Source of the DNA: Callorhinchus milii
Taxonomy: Eukaryota
DNA length: 64,000 nucleotides
Assembly (NCBI RefSeq): GCF_018977255.1
Contig: NW_024704742.1
Location: 91,018,001 to 91,082,000, forward strand
Reading direction: 5' to 3'
The notes beneath the pieces were generated by a model that saw only the letters and a program-made list of their open reading frames with translations, was not told where the DNA came from and ran no database searches. Position numbers and translations under genes: made by a program. Below, piece after piece: positions 63,026-64,000 of the stretch (within the stretch, counting starts at the first letter, position 1; each line of letters opens with the position of its first letter).

Positions 63026-64000
63026 TTCTCAAGAAAGATGTGATGAAATTTGGCAGATCTTCTCACCTATCTCCCAAACAATGTGGTCCAGATTCCCAAA
63101 CGCGGGATGGCCTGAATGCTTGAGTGAAAGGGTAGCACATGGCATGTCTGCTCTGCATCAACCATCTCAAGCACTGTCAACCAAGTGTAGGGATCTGGGA
63201 GAGCAGGATGTCCTTACGCCCTCCAGCACAAAGTAGAACTGGAAAAAATGATTTCATACATGGCATCACAGACCACCTGCATTCATGGCTTGATGCCACT
63301 TTCTGAAAGACTGCTTCATTATGGACAGGTGGTCTGAGAGGCATGTGTGTGCAATCAGCTAGACCCAGGGCATTTGTAAAGCCTGCTATTAGGTATAAAG
63401 TCATGTTAGACCTGCTGTTGATGCAGTACTGACCCAGGAAACCAGCTATCAGGCTAGCCTCATCTGACAGGAACATCTGTCATCTGAGACGCTACATAAT
63501 ATAGGATGCTTGGATGATGATACGTCCCCTGTTGGCACCTGAATGAAACCTAAAGCAAAGCAGCTCAACGTTGGTGTGACCTTAACACGGGCAGTCAGAG
63601 CACGACATCTGGAAGTGTTGTACTTGAGATCACTCTTGAGCATATGACAGGTCTAGGGCGACATGGTTAGTGAGCCAAGCCTCCCAACGCCTTCAGGACC
63701 TGCTCCAAGGGTCTTATCCAGGGCAGAACGCCCACTGAACAGGGGAAGGTGAGGCATGTATTCAGAAAAAAAATGGGTCTTTTTCAAAACTTTTTTTTTC
63801 AATTTTGAAACAAACTACAAATGGTATATAGCACAATAAGTAATTTCACTGGAATGAAAGCCTTTGTAATATTCAGTATAAACCATAATAAAGTATTGCC
63901 TTGTTTTATCATAAAATGTATTGAGTTAGCACCCTTGATGGTCTGGTCCTCCCGACATGAAAGGTGCTATACATTTGTTGTAGTTGTATAAAGGCATTTC

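Overview
Vertebrate genomic DNA, most likely a cartilaginous fish (chimaera/shark-like; inferred from the repeat landscape, not proven). The + strand carries the 3' part of basonuclin-2 (BNC2): a 1967-nt coding exon (1709-3675; zinc fingers 1-3, most of finger 4, NLS), a 38.4-kb phase-2 intron that splits finger 4, and the last coding exon (42033-42690; end of finger 4, serine stripe, fingers 5-6) followed by a probable ~7.4-kb 3' UTR ending near an ATTAAA at 50046. The rest is non-coding and rich in retroelements: a tRNA(Ala)-headed SINE in long and short forms, Deu-domain SINEs, L2, CR1 and RTE LINE relics, LF-SINE-like relics and a hairpin element. The best leads are a candidate 10-nt microexon or alternative terminal exon at 10728 that would remove fingers 4-6, a BNC1-type serine in the BNC2 NLS, an L2 copy with a twin-priming-type inversion, a SINE/L2 partnership with a covarying 3' stem-loop and reciprocal nesting, and a set of SINE tails all truncated at the same hairpin. 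No prokaryote-type system or other protein-coding gene is supported. Repeat family names come from recalled consensus motifs and need a library search.
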